A stretch of DNA of 64,000 nucleotides from positions 12,148 to 76,147 of the forward strand of contig DAOUEM010000495.1 in the NCBI GenBank assembly GCA_034430555.1, in the 5' to 3' direction. A program made the position numbers and the translations under genes. Shown here in pieces: positions 47,137 through 56,730 of the stretch. The notes beneath the pieces were generated by a model, which was not told where the DNA came from, did no database searches, and worked only from the letters and a program-made list of their open reading frames with translations. This stretch comes from Anaerolineae bacterium. Lineage in GTDB: Bacteria > Chloroflexota > Anaerolineae > Aggregatilineales > Ch27. The stretch's first letter is position 1. Each line of letters opens with the position of its first letter.

Positions 47137-48032
47137 TGCCCCGTCCCCCGGCCCATGACGTTGGTCAGCCGGCCCAGCGGCCCGACCTCCACCGTGACTT
47201 CGTCGCCCGGCTGGAGCCACACTTTCGGCTCCCGGCCCAGGATCACGCCCTGCGGCGTGCCGGTGAGGATGATGTCGCCGGCCTCCAGCGTCATATAACG
47301 GCTGGCGTAGCTGATCACCTCCGCGACGGAGAAGATCATGTCGGCGGTGCTGGAATCCTGGCGCAGGTCGCCGTTTAGCCAGCAGCGGACCGGCATGTCC
47401 TGCGGATCGCCGGCCTCGTTGGCCGTGAGCAGGTATGGGCCGAGCGGCAGAAACTTGTCCGGCGTTTTACCCAGCAGCCACTGCCCCGTGCGGAACTGAA
47501 GATCGCGTGCGCTCAGGTCGTTGCCGTTGCAGTAGCCGAGCACGGATTCCAGCGCCTCGGCCTCGGCGACGTCGCGCGCCCGCTTGCCCAGCACGACGAC
47601 CAGCTCGGCCTCGTAGTCGCACTGCGCGGCATCGGCGGGGATCGGCACCGTCTCGCCCGGCGCGGCCAGGGCATTGTTAAACTTGGAAAACAGCACGGGC
47701 GTCTCCGGCAGGGCCATCCCGGATTCGGCGGCGTGCTGGCGGTAGTTCAGCCCCACGCACAGAATCTTGCCGGGGTTGGGCACGCAGGGTCCGAACTGCA
47801 GCGCCGCTTCGTCCAGCAGCCAGGCCGCACCATCCGCCGATTTCAGCGCTTCCGTCACGAAGTCGTCCAGGGCCGGGCGATAGGCCAGTCCCTGCGCGAA
47901 GAACCCGTCGGGATCGGTCGGAAAGCCGGTCACGCCCAGCGCCCCGGCGGCGGCCTTCACGTCGACGATGCCCCAGGCCGTTTTCACGCCCAACCGGGAG
48001 CAGTCTTCTCCCCTAAATGTCAGTAGTATCAT
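47133..48032 (-). CDS. Fumarylacetoacetate hydrolase (FAH) family protein, candidate 2,4-diketo-3-deoxy-L-fuconate hydrolase
   Basis: DYEAELVVVLGK and GDIILTGTPQGV blocks. AAAGGA ribosome-binding site. Confidence 0.85.
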   Translation of the reverse strand: MILLTFRGEDCSRLGVKTAWGIVDVKAAAGALGVTGFPTDPDGFFAQGLAYRPALDDFVTEALKSADGAAWLLDEAALQFGPCVPNPGKILCVGLNYRQHAAESGMALPETPVLFSKFNNALAAPGETVPIPADAAQCDYEAELVVVLGKRARDVAEAEALESVLGYCNGNDLSARDLQFRTGQWLLGKTPDKFLPLGPYLLTANEAGDPQDMPVRCWLNGDLRQDSSTADMIFSVAEVISYASRYMTLEAGDIILTGTPQGVILGREPKVWLQPGDEVTVEVGPLGRLTNVMGRGTGQ

Positions 48033-48073
48033 TCTTGTATCCTTTGCGAGCGGTTAGCGAATCAGAGCCGCCC

Positions 48074-49366
48074 TTACAACGCGGCCCGGATGGCGGCTCG
48101 TTTACCCGCCAGGTCAAAAACGGCCTCCTGATTGCCGCGCATCAGCCGAGTCGCCAGTTTGATCGCTGCCGCTTCGTCCAGCAGGCCGTCGGCGATCTCG
48201 GCTTGCAGGGCGCGGGTCAGCCAGGCGCGAGCCTGATGCGCGTAAGCCACCGCCGCATACGGCCAGAAGGTATCCCCCCCGAAGGCAAACAGCTTATTGA
48301 CCGGCACCGAGTGGATCATCCGGCGCACAAAATCGGCGGCGGCGTAGGGATTGATGCTCCAGGACCAGCACATATCTACATACACGTTCGGGAAAAACTT
48401 GGCGACCGCGGCCAGTTCGTTCTCGTAGGGGTAACTGATATGCATCAGCACGAAACGTGCCGCCGGGTACTGGTGCAGCAGGTCGTGCAGGTGGGAAGGA
48501 CGCACCCGGTCCAAGGGCGCATCGCGGGTGGGGCTGTGGCCGGCCAGGTAGCCGGTGTGTATCTTGAAGGGCAGCTCGTGGCGGATGGACAGTTCCACGC
48601 CCTGCGCCAGGCACCAGTCCCCCAGGCACAGCCGCTCCGCCGGGGTGAGTTCCTGCCCGCGCAGCTCTTTTTGCAGAGCGTGCTCGGCATCGGCCGGTTC
48701 CCGTGCCTGCCAGTACAAAGTGCGCTCGTAGGCGTGCTGCGACTTGACGGCGATGGCGCACGGCCCGTAGCGCTCGAACAGGCCCGCCATCGCCTGCCGC
48801 AGCGAAGCCAGGTCCTGCACCTCGACGCCGGTTGTGTCGTGCAGGGCGGCGGCCTCCACCCGACCATTGCTGAACTGCTCCCAGGAGAGATCGTAGAGGA
48901 AAAACTCCGGCCCCGAGTCGTCCGGCAGGCAGGCCCACTCAAAATCATCGACCTGCACGTGGTCCAGGTTGGCCACCTCTTTGAGCAGACGCAGGCGTTC
49001 GCCCGGCTGGAGAAGCGCGGCAGCCCGGGGCGCGGCGGCCTCGATAGCTGGCAGGGTGATTTCTTCCATGCCGAAGGCGTGTTGGGCGATGTACCGCACG
49101 GCCTGCCCGTAGCCCGTGTATTGGCAGTGCTGCCAGGCGTCTTTTACCCCGTCCCAACGGGCTTCCAGGTCCGGGTCGGGTTTCAGGACCAGGCGTTCGA
49201 CGGCCTCGTAAGGCGCGCCCGCCACGATCAACTCGTTGCCGATGTAATTATCGAACAGCATTTGCAGCACGTCCGGGCCTTCTTCGACGTACTGCTGCTC
49301 CTTGTTGAGGTGTTCGTGAGTGTCCATCAGCGGCGTGGCCTGGATGTGTAACGCCAGATCGCTCAT
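48074..49366 (-). CDS. Metal-dependent amidohydrolase-fold (TIM barrel) protein
   Basis: 430 aa. N-terminal MDTHEHL metal motif. AAGGAG ribosome-binding site. Substrate unknown. Confidence 0.7.
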   Translation of the reverse strand: MSDLALHIQATPLMDTHEHLNKEQQYVEEGPDVLQMLFDNYIGNELIVAGAPYEAVERLVLKPDPDLEARWDGVKDAWQHCQYTGYGQAVRYIAQHAFGMEEITLPAIEAAAPRAAALLQPGERLRLLKEVANLDHVQVDDFEWACLPDDSGPEFFLYDLSWEQFSNGRVEAAALHDTTGVEVQDLASLRQAMAGLFERYGPCAIAVKSQHAYERTLYWQAREPADAEHALQKELRGQELTPAERLCLGDWCLAQGVELSIRHELPFKIHTGYLAGHSPTRDAPLDRVRPSHLHDLLHQYPAARFVLMHISYPYENELAAVAKFFPNVYVDMCWSWSINPYAAADFVRRMIHSVPVNKLFAFGGDTFWPYAAVAYAHQARAWLTRALQAEIADGLLDEAAAIKLATRLMRGNQEAVFDLAGKRAAIRAAL

Positions 49367-49399
49367 TGTGTATGTTCTCCTTTTAACCGGTCTGCCGTC

Positions 49400-50749
49400 C
49401 TAGACGGCCAGGCCGTTGGCGGCGACCACCGTGCCGTACCACTGCCCGCTGGCTTTGAGCGTGCGGGCCAGCGTCTCGTAATCGACGTAAGTGATGCCAA
49501 ATCGTTTGGTATACCCGTATGCCCACTCGAAGTTATCCAGCAAGGACCACACGAAATACCCGCGCAGCGGCACATCCTCGGCGATGGCGCGATGGCAAGC
49601 CGCCAGGTGCCGCCGGATGTAACTCAGCCGCTGAGGATCGTCAACCGTGCCGTCCGGGCCGACGGCGTCGTCGTAGACCGCGCCATTCTCGGTGATGTAG
49701 AGGGCCGGCGGGGCATAATCGTCGCGCACCCGCTTGAGCAGCTCGTACAACCCGTCGGGGTAGACGCCCCAGCCCATGGCGGTGACTTCCTCGTCGCGGA
49801 CCACGGTTTCGATAAAAACGGGGGGATCGCCGCCGTGTTTGACGACCTGCCGTGCGTAGTAGTTGACGCCCAGGAAGTCCAGCGGGGCGCGGATGGCCTC
49901 CAGGTCGCCGGGTTGAATCTCCGGCGCGGTCTCGCCCATCATCTCCAGAATGTCCGCCGGGTAGCTGCCCTTGAAGACCGGGTCGGCGAACCAGCGGTTG
50001 AGCATCCCGTCCTGGCGCTGGGCGGCGGCGACGTCCTCCGGCGAATCGCTGTCCGGCATGACATGGCTCATGTTCAGCACGATGCCGACTTTAGCTCCGG
50101 CCACGTTCTGCCGGATGATGGGCACCGCCTGGCCGTGAGCCAGCAGGACATGGTGCGTGGTTTGTATGGCCAGGGGAAAATCCGTCAGGCCCGGCGCGTG
50201 CCGACCCATGCCATACCCGACAAAGGTGAAAACCATCGGCTCGTTATGTGTGACCCAGTTTTTTACACGGTCGCCCAGGTGGCCGGTGACCACGTCCGCG
50301 TAGTTGGTGAAGGCTTCAACCATGGTCCGGCTGCCCCAACCGCCCCGATCTTGCAGCGCCTGCGGCAGGTCCCAGTGGTAGAGCGTGATGTACGGCTCGA
50401 TGTCCTGCGCCAGCAGTTCATCCACCAGGCGGCTGTAAAAATCCAATCCGGCAGGGTTGACCGGACCGTCGCCCGCCGGCAGGATGCGAGGCCAGGCGGT
50501 GGAAAAACGATAGGCCTTCAAGTTGAGTGAGGCCATCAGGGCTACGTCTTCCCGATAGCGGTGATAGTGGTCGCAGGCCACGTCGCCGGTATCGCCGTTG
50601 ACGACCTTGCCCGGCGTACGGGAGAAGGTATCCCAGATTGACGGGCCGCGCCCATCCGCCTCCGCCGCGCCTTCGACCTGGTAGGAGGCCGTCGCCGCGC
50701 CCCAGGTAAAGCCATCGGGGAAAGCCAAAAATGGGCCATCGGTGGTCAT
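49400..50749 (-). CDS. GH1 beta-glucosidase (second paralogue)
   Basis: 449 aa. THNEP acid/base and YITENG nucleophile motifs. Confidence 0.9.
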   Translation of the reverse strand: MTTDGPFLAFPDGFTWGAATASYQVEGAAEADGRGPSIWDTFSRTPGKVVNGDTGDVACDHYHRYREDVALMASLNLKAYRFSTAWPRILPAGDGPVNPAGLDFYSRLVDELLAQDIEPYITLYHWDLPQALQDRGGWGSRTMVEAFTNYADVVTGHLGDRVKNWVTHNEPMVFTFVGYGMGRHAPGLTDFPLAIQTTHHVLLAHGQAVPIIRQNVAGAKVGIVLNMSHVMPDSDSPEDVAAAQRQDGMLNRWFADPVFKGSYPADILEMMGETAPEIQPGDLEAIRAPLDFLGVNYYARQVVKHGGDPPVFIETVVRDEEVTAMGWGVYPDGLYELLKRVRDDYAPPALYITENGAVYDDAVGPDGTVDDPQRLSYIRRHLAACHRAIAEDVPLRGYFVWSLLDNFEWAYGYTKRFGITYVDYETLARTLKASGQWYGTVVAANGLAV

Positions 50750-50776
50750 CGTTTTGTCTCCGTTCTGATACGCGGG

Positions 50777-51808
50777 TCAGCGGCTGACGCGCCCGGAAGC
50801 GTCGCCGCCCATCAACTTCTCGACCTCTTCTACACTGACCAGGTTAAAGTCGCCGAAGATGGTGTGCTTCAGGCAGGAGGCCGCTACTGCAAATTGCAGC
50901 GCCTGCCCCCGGTCGTGGTAGGTGCGCAGCCCGTAGATCAGGCCGCCCATGAAGCTGTCGCCGCCGCCCACCCGGTCCACGATGGGCGTGATGTCGTAGG
51001 TGGGGGCGGTGTGGATCGCGCCCTCGTGCCACAGGATGGCGCTCCACTTGTTATGGCTGGCCGAGATCGAGCCGCGCAAGGTGATGGCGATCGTCTTCAG
51101 GCTGGGGAAACGCTCCGCCAACTGCTCGCATACGTAGCGGTAGGCGTCGGCCTCGACCTTGCCGGCGGTCACGTCGGACTCGGGGGCCTTGATGCCGAAC
51201 ACCTTGTCGGCGTCCTCTTCATTACCGATGGCGACATCGGTATATCCGACCAGCTCCGGCATGACCTCGCCGGGCGTCTTGCCCCACTTCCACAGCTTTT
51301 TGCGGTAGTTGAGGTCGCAGGAGACGGTCAGGCCCTTGGCCTGGGCGATCTGCACCGCTTCCAGGACGGCTGCCGCCGCGCCCTGGGAGATGGCCGGCGT
51401 GATCCCGGTCCAGTGGAACCAGTCGGCGCCCTCAAAGGCGGCGTCCCAGTCCACCAAACCGGGCCGGATGGTCGCCAGCGCCGACCCGGCCCGGTCGTAG
51501 ATCACCTTGCTGCCGCGCTGGGCCGCGCCCATCTCCAGGAAATAGATACCCAACCGGTCCCCGCCGCGCACGATGTGCCCCGTGCCGATGCCGAACTGGC
51601 GCAGGTAGTAAACGCAGGCGTCGCCCAGGTCGTTGGCCGGCAGGCGCGTCACGAATTCGACATCCTGCCCGTAATTCGCCAGCGAAGCCACCACGTTGCT
51701 CTCCCCACCGCCGTAAATCACGTCGAAGCAACGGGCCTGCACGAACCGCTGGAATCCCGGCGGGGACAGGCGCAGCATAATCTCGCCAAAAGCGACAATC
51801 TTTCCCAT
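50777..51808 (-). CDS. kdgK: PfkB-family sugar kinase, 2-dehydro-3-deoxygluconokinase-like
   Basis: 343 aa. GGGESN N-terminal block and the C-terminal [14 protein letters not shown] anion-hole motif. Confidence 0.85.
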   Translation of the reverse strand: MGKIVAFGEIMLRLSPPGFQRFVQARCFDVIYGGGESNVVASLANYGQDVEFVTRLPANDLGDACVYYLRQFGIGTGHIVRGGDRLGIYFLEMGAAQRGSKVIYDRAGSALATIRPGLVDWDAAFEGADWFHWTGITPAISQGAAAAVLEAVQIAQAKGLTVSCDLNYRKKLWKWGKTPGEVMPELVGYTDVAIGNEEDADKVFGIKAPESDVTAGKVEADAYRYVCEQLAERFPSLKTIAITLRGSISASHNKWSAILWHEGAIHTAPTYDITPIVDRVGGGDSFMGGLIYGLRTYHDRGQALQFAVAASCLKHTIFGDFNLVSVEEVEKLMGGDASGRVSR

Positions 51809-51820
51809 ATTATCCCTCTT

Positions 51821-51879
51821 TATCCCAAATTATCGCAGATTCCCGCATTTATCCCAAACAACCGAACAAATATCCCAAA
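51821..51879. repeat. Three perfect TATCCCAAA 9-mers (plus TATCCC and TATCGC variants) in the eda-kdgK spacer
   Basis: 9-mers at 51821-51829, 51850-51858 and 51871-51879. Variants at 51811-51816 and 51831-51836. The motif reads TTTGGGATA on the coding (minus) strand. Confidence 0.9.
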
Positions 51880-51914
51880 AGGGACGGGCCGCCGGGCCGC
51901 GCCAACCACCTGTT

Positions 51915-52568
51915 CTACCCCGCGGCGGCAGCCTGTGCGTATTTGGCCGCCCTGGCGGTGACGGCGTCCCAATCCCCGGCGGCAAAAGCGGGCTTATCCA
52001 GCAGGGCGCTGCCCACGCCCACCGCGAAGGCGCCGTTGGCCAGCCATTCGGCGGTATTCTCCAGGGTGACGCCGCCGGTCGGGACCAGCTTGAGGTGCGG
52101 CAGCGGGGCGCGCACCGCCTTGATGTAAGACGGGCCAAGCGTGCTGGCCGGGAACACCTTGACGGCGTCGGCCCCGGCTTCCCAGGCGTTTTCGATCTCG
52201 GTGGGCGTGTAAGCGCCGGGCATGATCGGCACGCCGGCGGCCTTCGCCACCTCGATGACGGTCATCTTGGTGCTGGGCGAGACGATAAACTGGGCGCCGG
52301 CCTCGATCACGCGGTAGCAGTCGGCCGGGCTGTTGACCGACCCAGCTCCCACAACGGCGGTGCCCGCGGCGAATTCCGGCAACGCCGCCCTGACCTCGCG
52401 GATGGCCTGCGGCGCATCCGGGCTGGTCAGGGTAAACTCTATGGCGACGATGCCGCCGGCGACCAGCGCCCGCGTGAGATCGACCGCCGTTTCCAGGCTG
52501 GGCAGGCGGATCACGGCGACCAAGCGTGTCCTGGCGACGATATCGAGTACAGTTTGTTTGTTGTCCAT
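51915..52568 (-). CDS. eda: KDPG / 4-hydroxy-2-oxoglutarate aldolase
   Basis: Start at ATG 52568 ([11 protein letters not shown]). [30 protein letters not shown] and VKVFPA blocks. The longer 756-aa track ORF is antisense read-through of GH43. Confidence 0.9.
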   Translation of the reverse strand: MDNKQTVLDIVARTRLVAVIRLPSLETAVDLTRALVAGGIVAIEFTLTSPDAPQAIREVRAALPEFAAGTAVVGAGSVNSPADCYRVIEAGAQFIVSPSTKMTVIEVAKAAGVPIMPGAYTPTEIENAWEAGADAVKVFPASTLGPSYIKAVRAPLPHLKLVPTGGVTLENTAEWLANGAFAVGVGSALLDKPAFAAGDWDAVTARAAKYAQAAAAG

Positions 52569-52646
52569 GGTGGGCGCTCCCCCCTTCAACGAGACCGTTT
52601 CATTCAAACGCGCCTGAGTATACCGCATCCCAAAGGGAAGATACCC

Positions 52647-54242
52647 ATGAACCGATATTTTCATAACCCTGTCATACCTGGATTTTATCCCGATCCTTCG
52701 ATCTGCCGGGTGGACGAGGATTACTACCTCGTGACGTCCAGCTTCGAGTTCTTCCCCGGCGTGCCCATCTGGCACAGCCGCGACCTCGTCAACTGGCGGC
52801 AGATCGGCCACGTGCTGGATCGCCCCTCCCAACTGAACCTGGACGGCCTGTCCGCGTCTGCCGGCATCTACGCGCCGACCATCCGCTACCACGACGGGGT
52901 CTATTACATGATCACCACCCTCGTCGACCGGGGCGAGCGCCAGGACGTCCCCGCCGGCAACTTCATCGTGACGGCCACCGATCCCGCCGGGCCGTGGTCG
53001 GACCCCTACTGGCTGGAAGGCGCGCCCGGCATCGATCCCTCGCTGCTGTTTGACGACGACGGCCGCGTCTGGTACACCGGCAACCGCGTCCCGGACGGCC
53101 ACGACTGGCGGAGCCATATCCGGGAAATCTGGCTGCAGGAGCTGGACCTGACTTCGATGCAGCTCGTCGGCGAGACGTATGGGCTGTGGCGCGGCGCGCT
53201 GGTCGACGCCGTTCATGCGGAAGCGCCGCACCTCTACAAAATCGACGGCCTGTACTACCTGATGATCGCCGAGGGCGGCACCGCACACCAGCACGCCGTG
53301 ACCATCGCCCGCAGCGAAACGGTCACCGGGCCGTACCAGGGCAATCTCCGCAATCCCATCCTGACGCACCGCCACCTGGGCCGCACCTATCCCATCACCA
53401 ACACCGGTCACGCCGACATCGTGCAGACGCCCAACGGCGAGTGGTGGATGGTGGCGCTGGCTTCCCGGCCATACGGTGGTTACTTCTACAACCTGGGCCG
53501 CGAAACCTGGCTGATGCCGGTGATCTGGGAAGACGGCTGGCCGATCGTCAGCCCTGGCACCGGCAAGATTGAGTGGAGCTATCCCGCCCCCCAACTGCCG
53601 CAGCATCGCTGGGCAGTGCAGCCGGCCCGCGATCACTTCGTACAGCCGACGCTGCAGCATACCTGGAACTTCCTGCGCACGCCGCGCGAGGACTTCTGGA
53701 GCCTGGAGGCCCGGCCCGGCTGGCTGCGGCTGCGGCTGCGCCCGGAGTCGCTGGTCGAGCGGAGCTGCCCCAGTTTCGTCGGACGCCGGCAGCAGCACAT
53801 CAACTTCCTGGCGGAGACGCGCATGGCCTTCACCCCGCAGGCGTCTCACGAATGCGCGGGCCTGGTCCTGCTGCAAAACGACAACCACCAGTTCCGCTTC
53901 ACCTGCACGTTGGACGACGAGGGGCAGCCTGTCTTGCAGGTGATCCGGCGGGAAGCAGGGCAGGAGCAAATCCTGGCGCAGGCGGTGGTGAGCGGTCCGG
54001 AATACCATCTGAAGGTAGAGGCGATCGGGCAGGACTACAGCTTCTACTACAACGAGCGCGCGCAGTCGCCGCCTGAGTTGGAAGCCTGGCAGCCGCTGGC
54101 CGAGCGCGCCGACGGCCGCATCCTGAGTACGCCGGTGGCGGGCGGCTTCACCGGGGCATACATCGGCCTCTACGCCAGCAGCCACGGCCAGCCGAGCGAC
54201 AATACCGCCGATTTCGACTGGTTCGACTACGAGGGGCTGTAG
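52647..54242 (+). CDS. GH43 beta-xylosidase/alpha-L-arabinofuranosidase with C-terminal beta-sandwich domain
   Basis: Start at ATG 52647. NPVIPGFYPDPSICRV, YAPTIRY and EAPHLYK blocks. Confidence 0.9.
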   Translation: MNRYFHNPVIPGFYPDPSICRVDEDYYLVTSSFEFFPGVPIWHSRDLVNWRQIGHVLDRPSQLNLDGLSASAGIYAPTIRYHDGVYYMITTLVDRGERQDVPAGNFIVTATDPAGPWSDPYWLEGAPGIDPSLLFDDDGRVWYTGNRVPDGHDWRSHIREIWLQELDLTSMQLVGETYGLWRGALVDAVHAEAPHLYKIDGLYYLMIAEGGTAHQHAVTIARSETVTGPYQGNLRNPILTHRHLGRTYPITNTGHADIVQTPNGEWWMVALASRPYGGYFYNLGRETWLMPVIWEDGWPIVSPGTGKIEWSYPAPQLPQHRWAVQPARDHFVQPTLQHTWNFLRTPREDFWSLEARPGWLRLRLRPESLVERSCPSFVGRRQQHINFLAETRMAFTPQASHECAGLVLLQNDNHQFRFTCTLDDEGQPVLQVIRREAGQEQILAQAVVSGPEYHLKVEAIGQDYSFYYNERAQSPPELEAWQPLAERADGRILSTPVAGGFTGAYIGLYASSHGQPSDNTADFDWFDYEGL

Positions 54243-54283
54243 ACGAAGGTCGTCAGTTGACGACGGTCGTCATGGGAACATAA

Positions 54284-54323
54284 CGGCCGGTCGCACGTTA
54301 TAATGATGGCGTGCGACCGGCTG
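54284..54323 (+). terminator. Long stem-loop after the GH43 gene (11 perfect bp CCGGTCGCACG / CGTGCGACCGG, extendable to about 14; 12-nt loop containing TATAAT)
   Basis: Core arms at 54287-54297 and 54310-54320, with flanking G-C, G-U and C-G pairs. No U-tract. Confidence 0.4.
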
Positions 54324-54357
54324 GCGGTCGCCAGGACAGCTTCAAGGGGGGTGTCTT

Positions 54358-55218
54358 ATGCCGCCGATCATTGACGCTCATCAGCATAACTGGCAGTTGG
54401 AGCGCTTCTCCTACGCCTGGATCAAGCCCGAGTCGCCGCTGCACCGCGATTACCTGCCCACCGAAGCCCGCCGCGAGATGGACCTGGCCGGCATCGAAGC
54501 CTGCGTGCTGGTCGAGGCGGACAACTCCTTCCAGGAGACGGCCTGGCTGCTGGAGCAGGCAGAGCGGCACGCCCATATCGCCGGCGTGGTCGGCTGGGCG
54601 GACGTGCTCGACCCGGCGGCCATCCCCGCCCTGGCCGTTTACGCCGACCATGCCCAGTTTAAGGGCGTGCGGATGGGCTGGTTCGAGCCAAAGGACAACT
54701 GGGAAACCATCGCCACCACTATCGGCCTGCTGAACCGGCCCGGCCTGAGCTGCGACCTGCTGCTCAACCCACCAGCGCTGCCCCAGCTGAAGAAGGTCAT
54801 CGCGCGTAATCCCGGCGTGACCTTCGTGCTCGACCACTTCGCCGGGGCCAAGATCGCGGCGGTCCGCCATACGATGTGGGCGGCGGGCATCCAACCGCTG
54901 GCCGAACATCCCAACGTGGTCCTGAAGGTCTCCGGCTACATGACGGCCTACCCGGCCCTCACGCCAGAGGTGCTGGAGGCTTACCTCGGCGTGGCCCTGG
55001 AAGCCTTCGGCGCGGACCGGCTGCTGTACGGCAGCGATTGGCCGGTTTCCACCAGCCGGGGGCACAGTTATCGCGACTCGCTGGCGGCCCTGCTGTCCGT
55101 GATCGAGACGCTGTCGCCGGGCGAGCAGGCGGCCATCCTGGGCGGTACGGCGACCCGCGTCTACCGGCTGGACGCGGGCGCAGGCGCGGGTTATTCGGGG
55201 CAGGTTCCGGGCGGCTGA
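54358..55218 (+). CDS. Amidohydrolase_2 family protein, L-fucono-1,5-lactonase-like
   Basis: 286 aa. N-terminal IDAHQH motif. GGGGG-type ribosome-binding site. Confidence 0.8.
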   Translation: MPPIIDAHQHNWQLERFSYAWIKPESPLHRDYLPTEARREMDLAGIEACVLVEADNSFQETAWLLEQAERHAHIAGVVGWADVLDPAAIPALAVYADHAQFKGVRMGWFEPKDNWETIATTIGLLNRPGLSCDLLLNPPALPQLKKVIARNPGVTFVLDHFAGAKIAAVRHTMWAAGIQPLAEHPNVVLKVSGYMTAYPALTPEVLEAYLGVALEAFGADRLLYGSDWPVSTSRGHSYRDSLAALLSVIETLSPGEQAAILGGTATRVYRLDAGAGAGYSGQVPGG

Positions 55219-55263
55219 AACCCCGGGTCTGCCGTGCGCGCTGTTGAAGGGGGAGCTTCTGAT

Positions 55264-56730
55264 ATGCGTATTCTCACCATCGACATCGACAGCCTGCGGC
55301 CCGATCACCTGGGCTGCTACGGCTACCACCGGGCGACCAGCCCCAACATCGACCGGCTGGCGGCGGAGGGCATCCGCTTCGAGAACACTTACGCCTCGGA
55401 TACCCCCTGCCTGCCCTCGCGCACGGCGCTGTGGAGCGGGCGGCACGGCTTCCGCACCGGCGTGATCAACCACGGAGGCGCCGCCGCGCAGCCGTTCGTG
55501 GAAGGGGCCGGGCGCGGCTTCCGCGACGATTTCGACGGCACCGGCTGGATGCGCGCCCTGCGCCAGGCCGGCTACCACACGGTCACCGTCAGCCCCTTTG
55601 GGGAGCGCCATGCCGCCTGGCACTGGTACGCCGGCTACAACGAAATATACAATCCCGGCCAGGGCGGCAACGAACGCGCCGACGAGGTCGCGCCCATCGC
55701 CCTGGACTGGCTGGACCGCCGCGGGGCAGCCGATAACTGGTTCCTGCACGTCAACTTCTGGGACCCGCACACCCCCTACCGCACCCCGGCGGAGGCCGGC
55801 GATCCCTTCGCCGAGGAACCGCTGCCTGATTGGCTCAACGAGAACATCCGGCTGGCTGCCATGCGCAATCACAGCGGGATGCGCTGCGCCCAGGAACTCA
55901 ACGGCTGGGGCGGGGAGGACGCTCACCTGCGCTATCCGCGCGTGCCGGAAACACTCGACTCGATGGACGGCGTGCGCCAGATGATCGACGGCTACGATAC
56001 CGGCATCCGCTACAGCGACTATTACGTCGGCCAACTGGTGGACAAACTGGCGGCGCTGGGCGTGCTGGACGATACGGCCATTTTCGTCAGCGCCGATCAC
56101 GGCGAAAACCAGGGCGAACTCAAGGTCTGGGGCGACCATCAACTGGCCGATCAGATCACCTGCCGCGTGCCGCTGATCGTGCGCTGGCCCGGCAAGATCG
56201 ACAGCCCGCGTATCGATTCCGCCCTGCACTATCACTTCGACTGGGCGGCCACCCTGATCGAACTGGCCGGGGGCGAGGTCCCCGCCAACTGGGACGGGCA
56301 GTCGTTCGCGGCGGCCTTCCAGGGGGAAGACGAGGCCGGACGCGAATACCTGGTGCTCAGCCACAGCACGCACACCTGCCAGCGCGCCGTGCGCTGGGAC
56401 GACTACCTCTGCATCCGCACCTACCACGACGGCTACAAGCTCCTGCCGGACGTGATGCTGTTCCACCTGGCGGAAGACCCGCACGAGCAGCATAACCTGG
56501 CCGAAGCGCGTCCCGATTTAGTCGACAAGGCGATGGGTTACCTGGCGGACTGGCAGCACCACATGATGGTCAGCAGCGGCTCGGACGTCGACCCGATGAT
56601 GACCGTGCTGCGGGAGGGGCGGCCCTTCCATGCCCAGGTCGACCTGCCGGCCTACCTGGAGCGGCTGCGCGCTTCCGGGCGGGAGCACGTGGCGGACGCC
56701 CTGGCGGCCAAATATCCCGGCGACCTGTAG
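55264..56730 (+). CDS. Cys-type sulfatase, no signal peptide
   Basis: Start at ATG 55264 after AAGGGGGAG. IDIDSLRPDHLG. Formylglycine motif CLPSRTALWSG. SADHGE block. Confidence 0.9.
   Translation: MRILTIDIDSLRPDHLGCYGYHRATSPNIDRLAAEGIRFENTYASDTPCLPSRTALWSGRHGFRTGVINHGGAAAQPFVEGAGRGFRDDFDGTGWMRALRQAGYHTVTVSPFGERHAAWHWYAGYNEIYNPGQGGNERADEVAPIALDWLDRRGAADNWFLHVNFWDPHTPYRTPAEAGDPFAEEPLPDWLNENIRLAAMRNHSGMRCAQELNGWGGEDAHLRYPRVPETLDSMDGVRQMIDGYDTGIRYSDYYVGQLVDKLAALGVLDDTAIFVSADHGENQGELKVWGDHQLADQITCRVPLIVRWPGKIDSPRIDSALHYHFDWAATLIELAGGEVPANWDGQSFAAAFQGEDEAGREYLVLSHSTHTCQRAVRWDDYLCIRTYHDGYKLLPDVMLFHLAEDPHEQHNLAEARPDLVDKAMGYLADWQHHMMVSSGSDVDPMMTVLREGRPFHAQVDLPAYLERLRASGREHVADALAAKYPGDL

Noticed and set aside
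51915-54185. Chimeric long ORFs: the 756-aa minus ORF (eda plus antisense of GH43) and the 715-aa plus ORF 52095-54242 (antisense of eda plus GH43). The same applies to the N-terminal extensions of the 4808-, 14584-, 29748-, 31480-, 39898-, 46162-47220, 58058-59434 and 59406-61805 ORFs.
   Set aside because: Homology-like sequence begins at internal starts that have ribosome-binding sites or stop-start overlaps (for example 52568, 52647, 5102, 14845, 29931, 31666, 40369, 47136, 59290, 61532). The upstream extensions overlap neighbouring genes and look non-protein-like.
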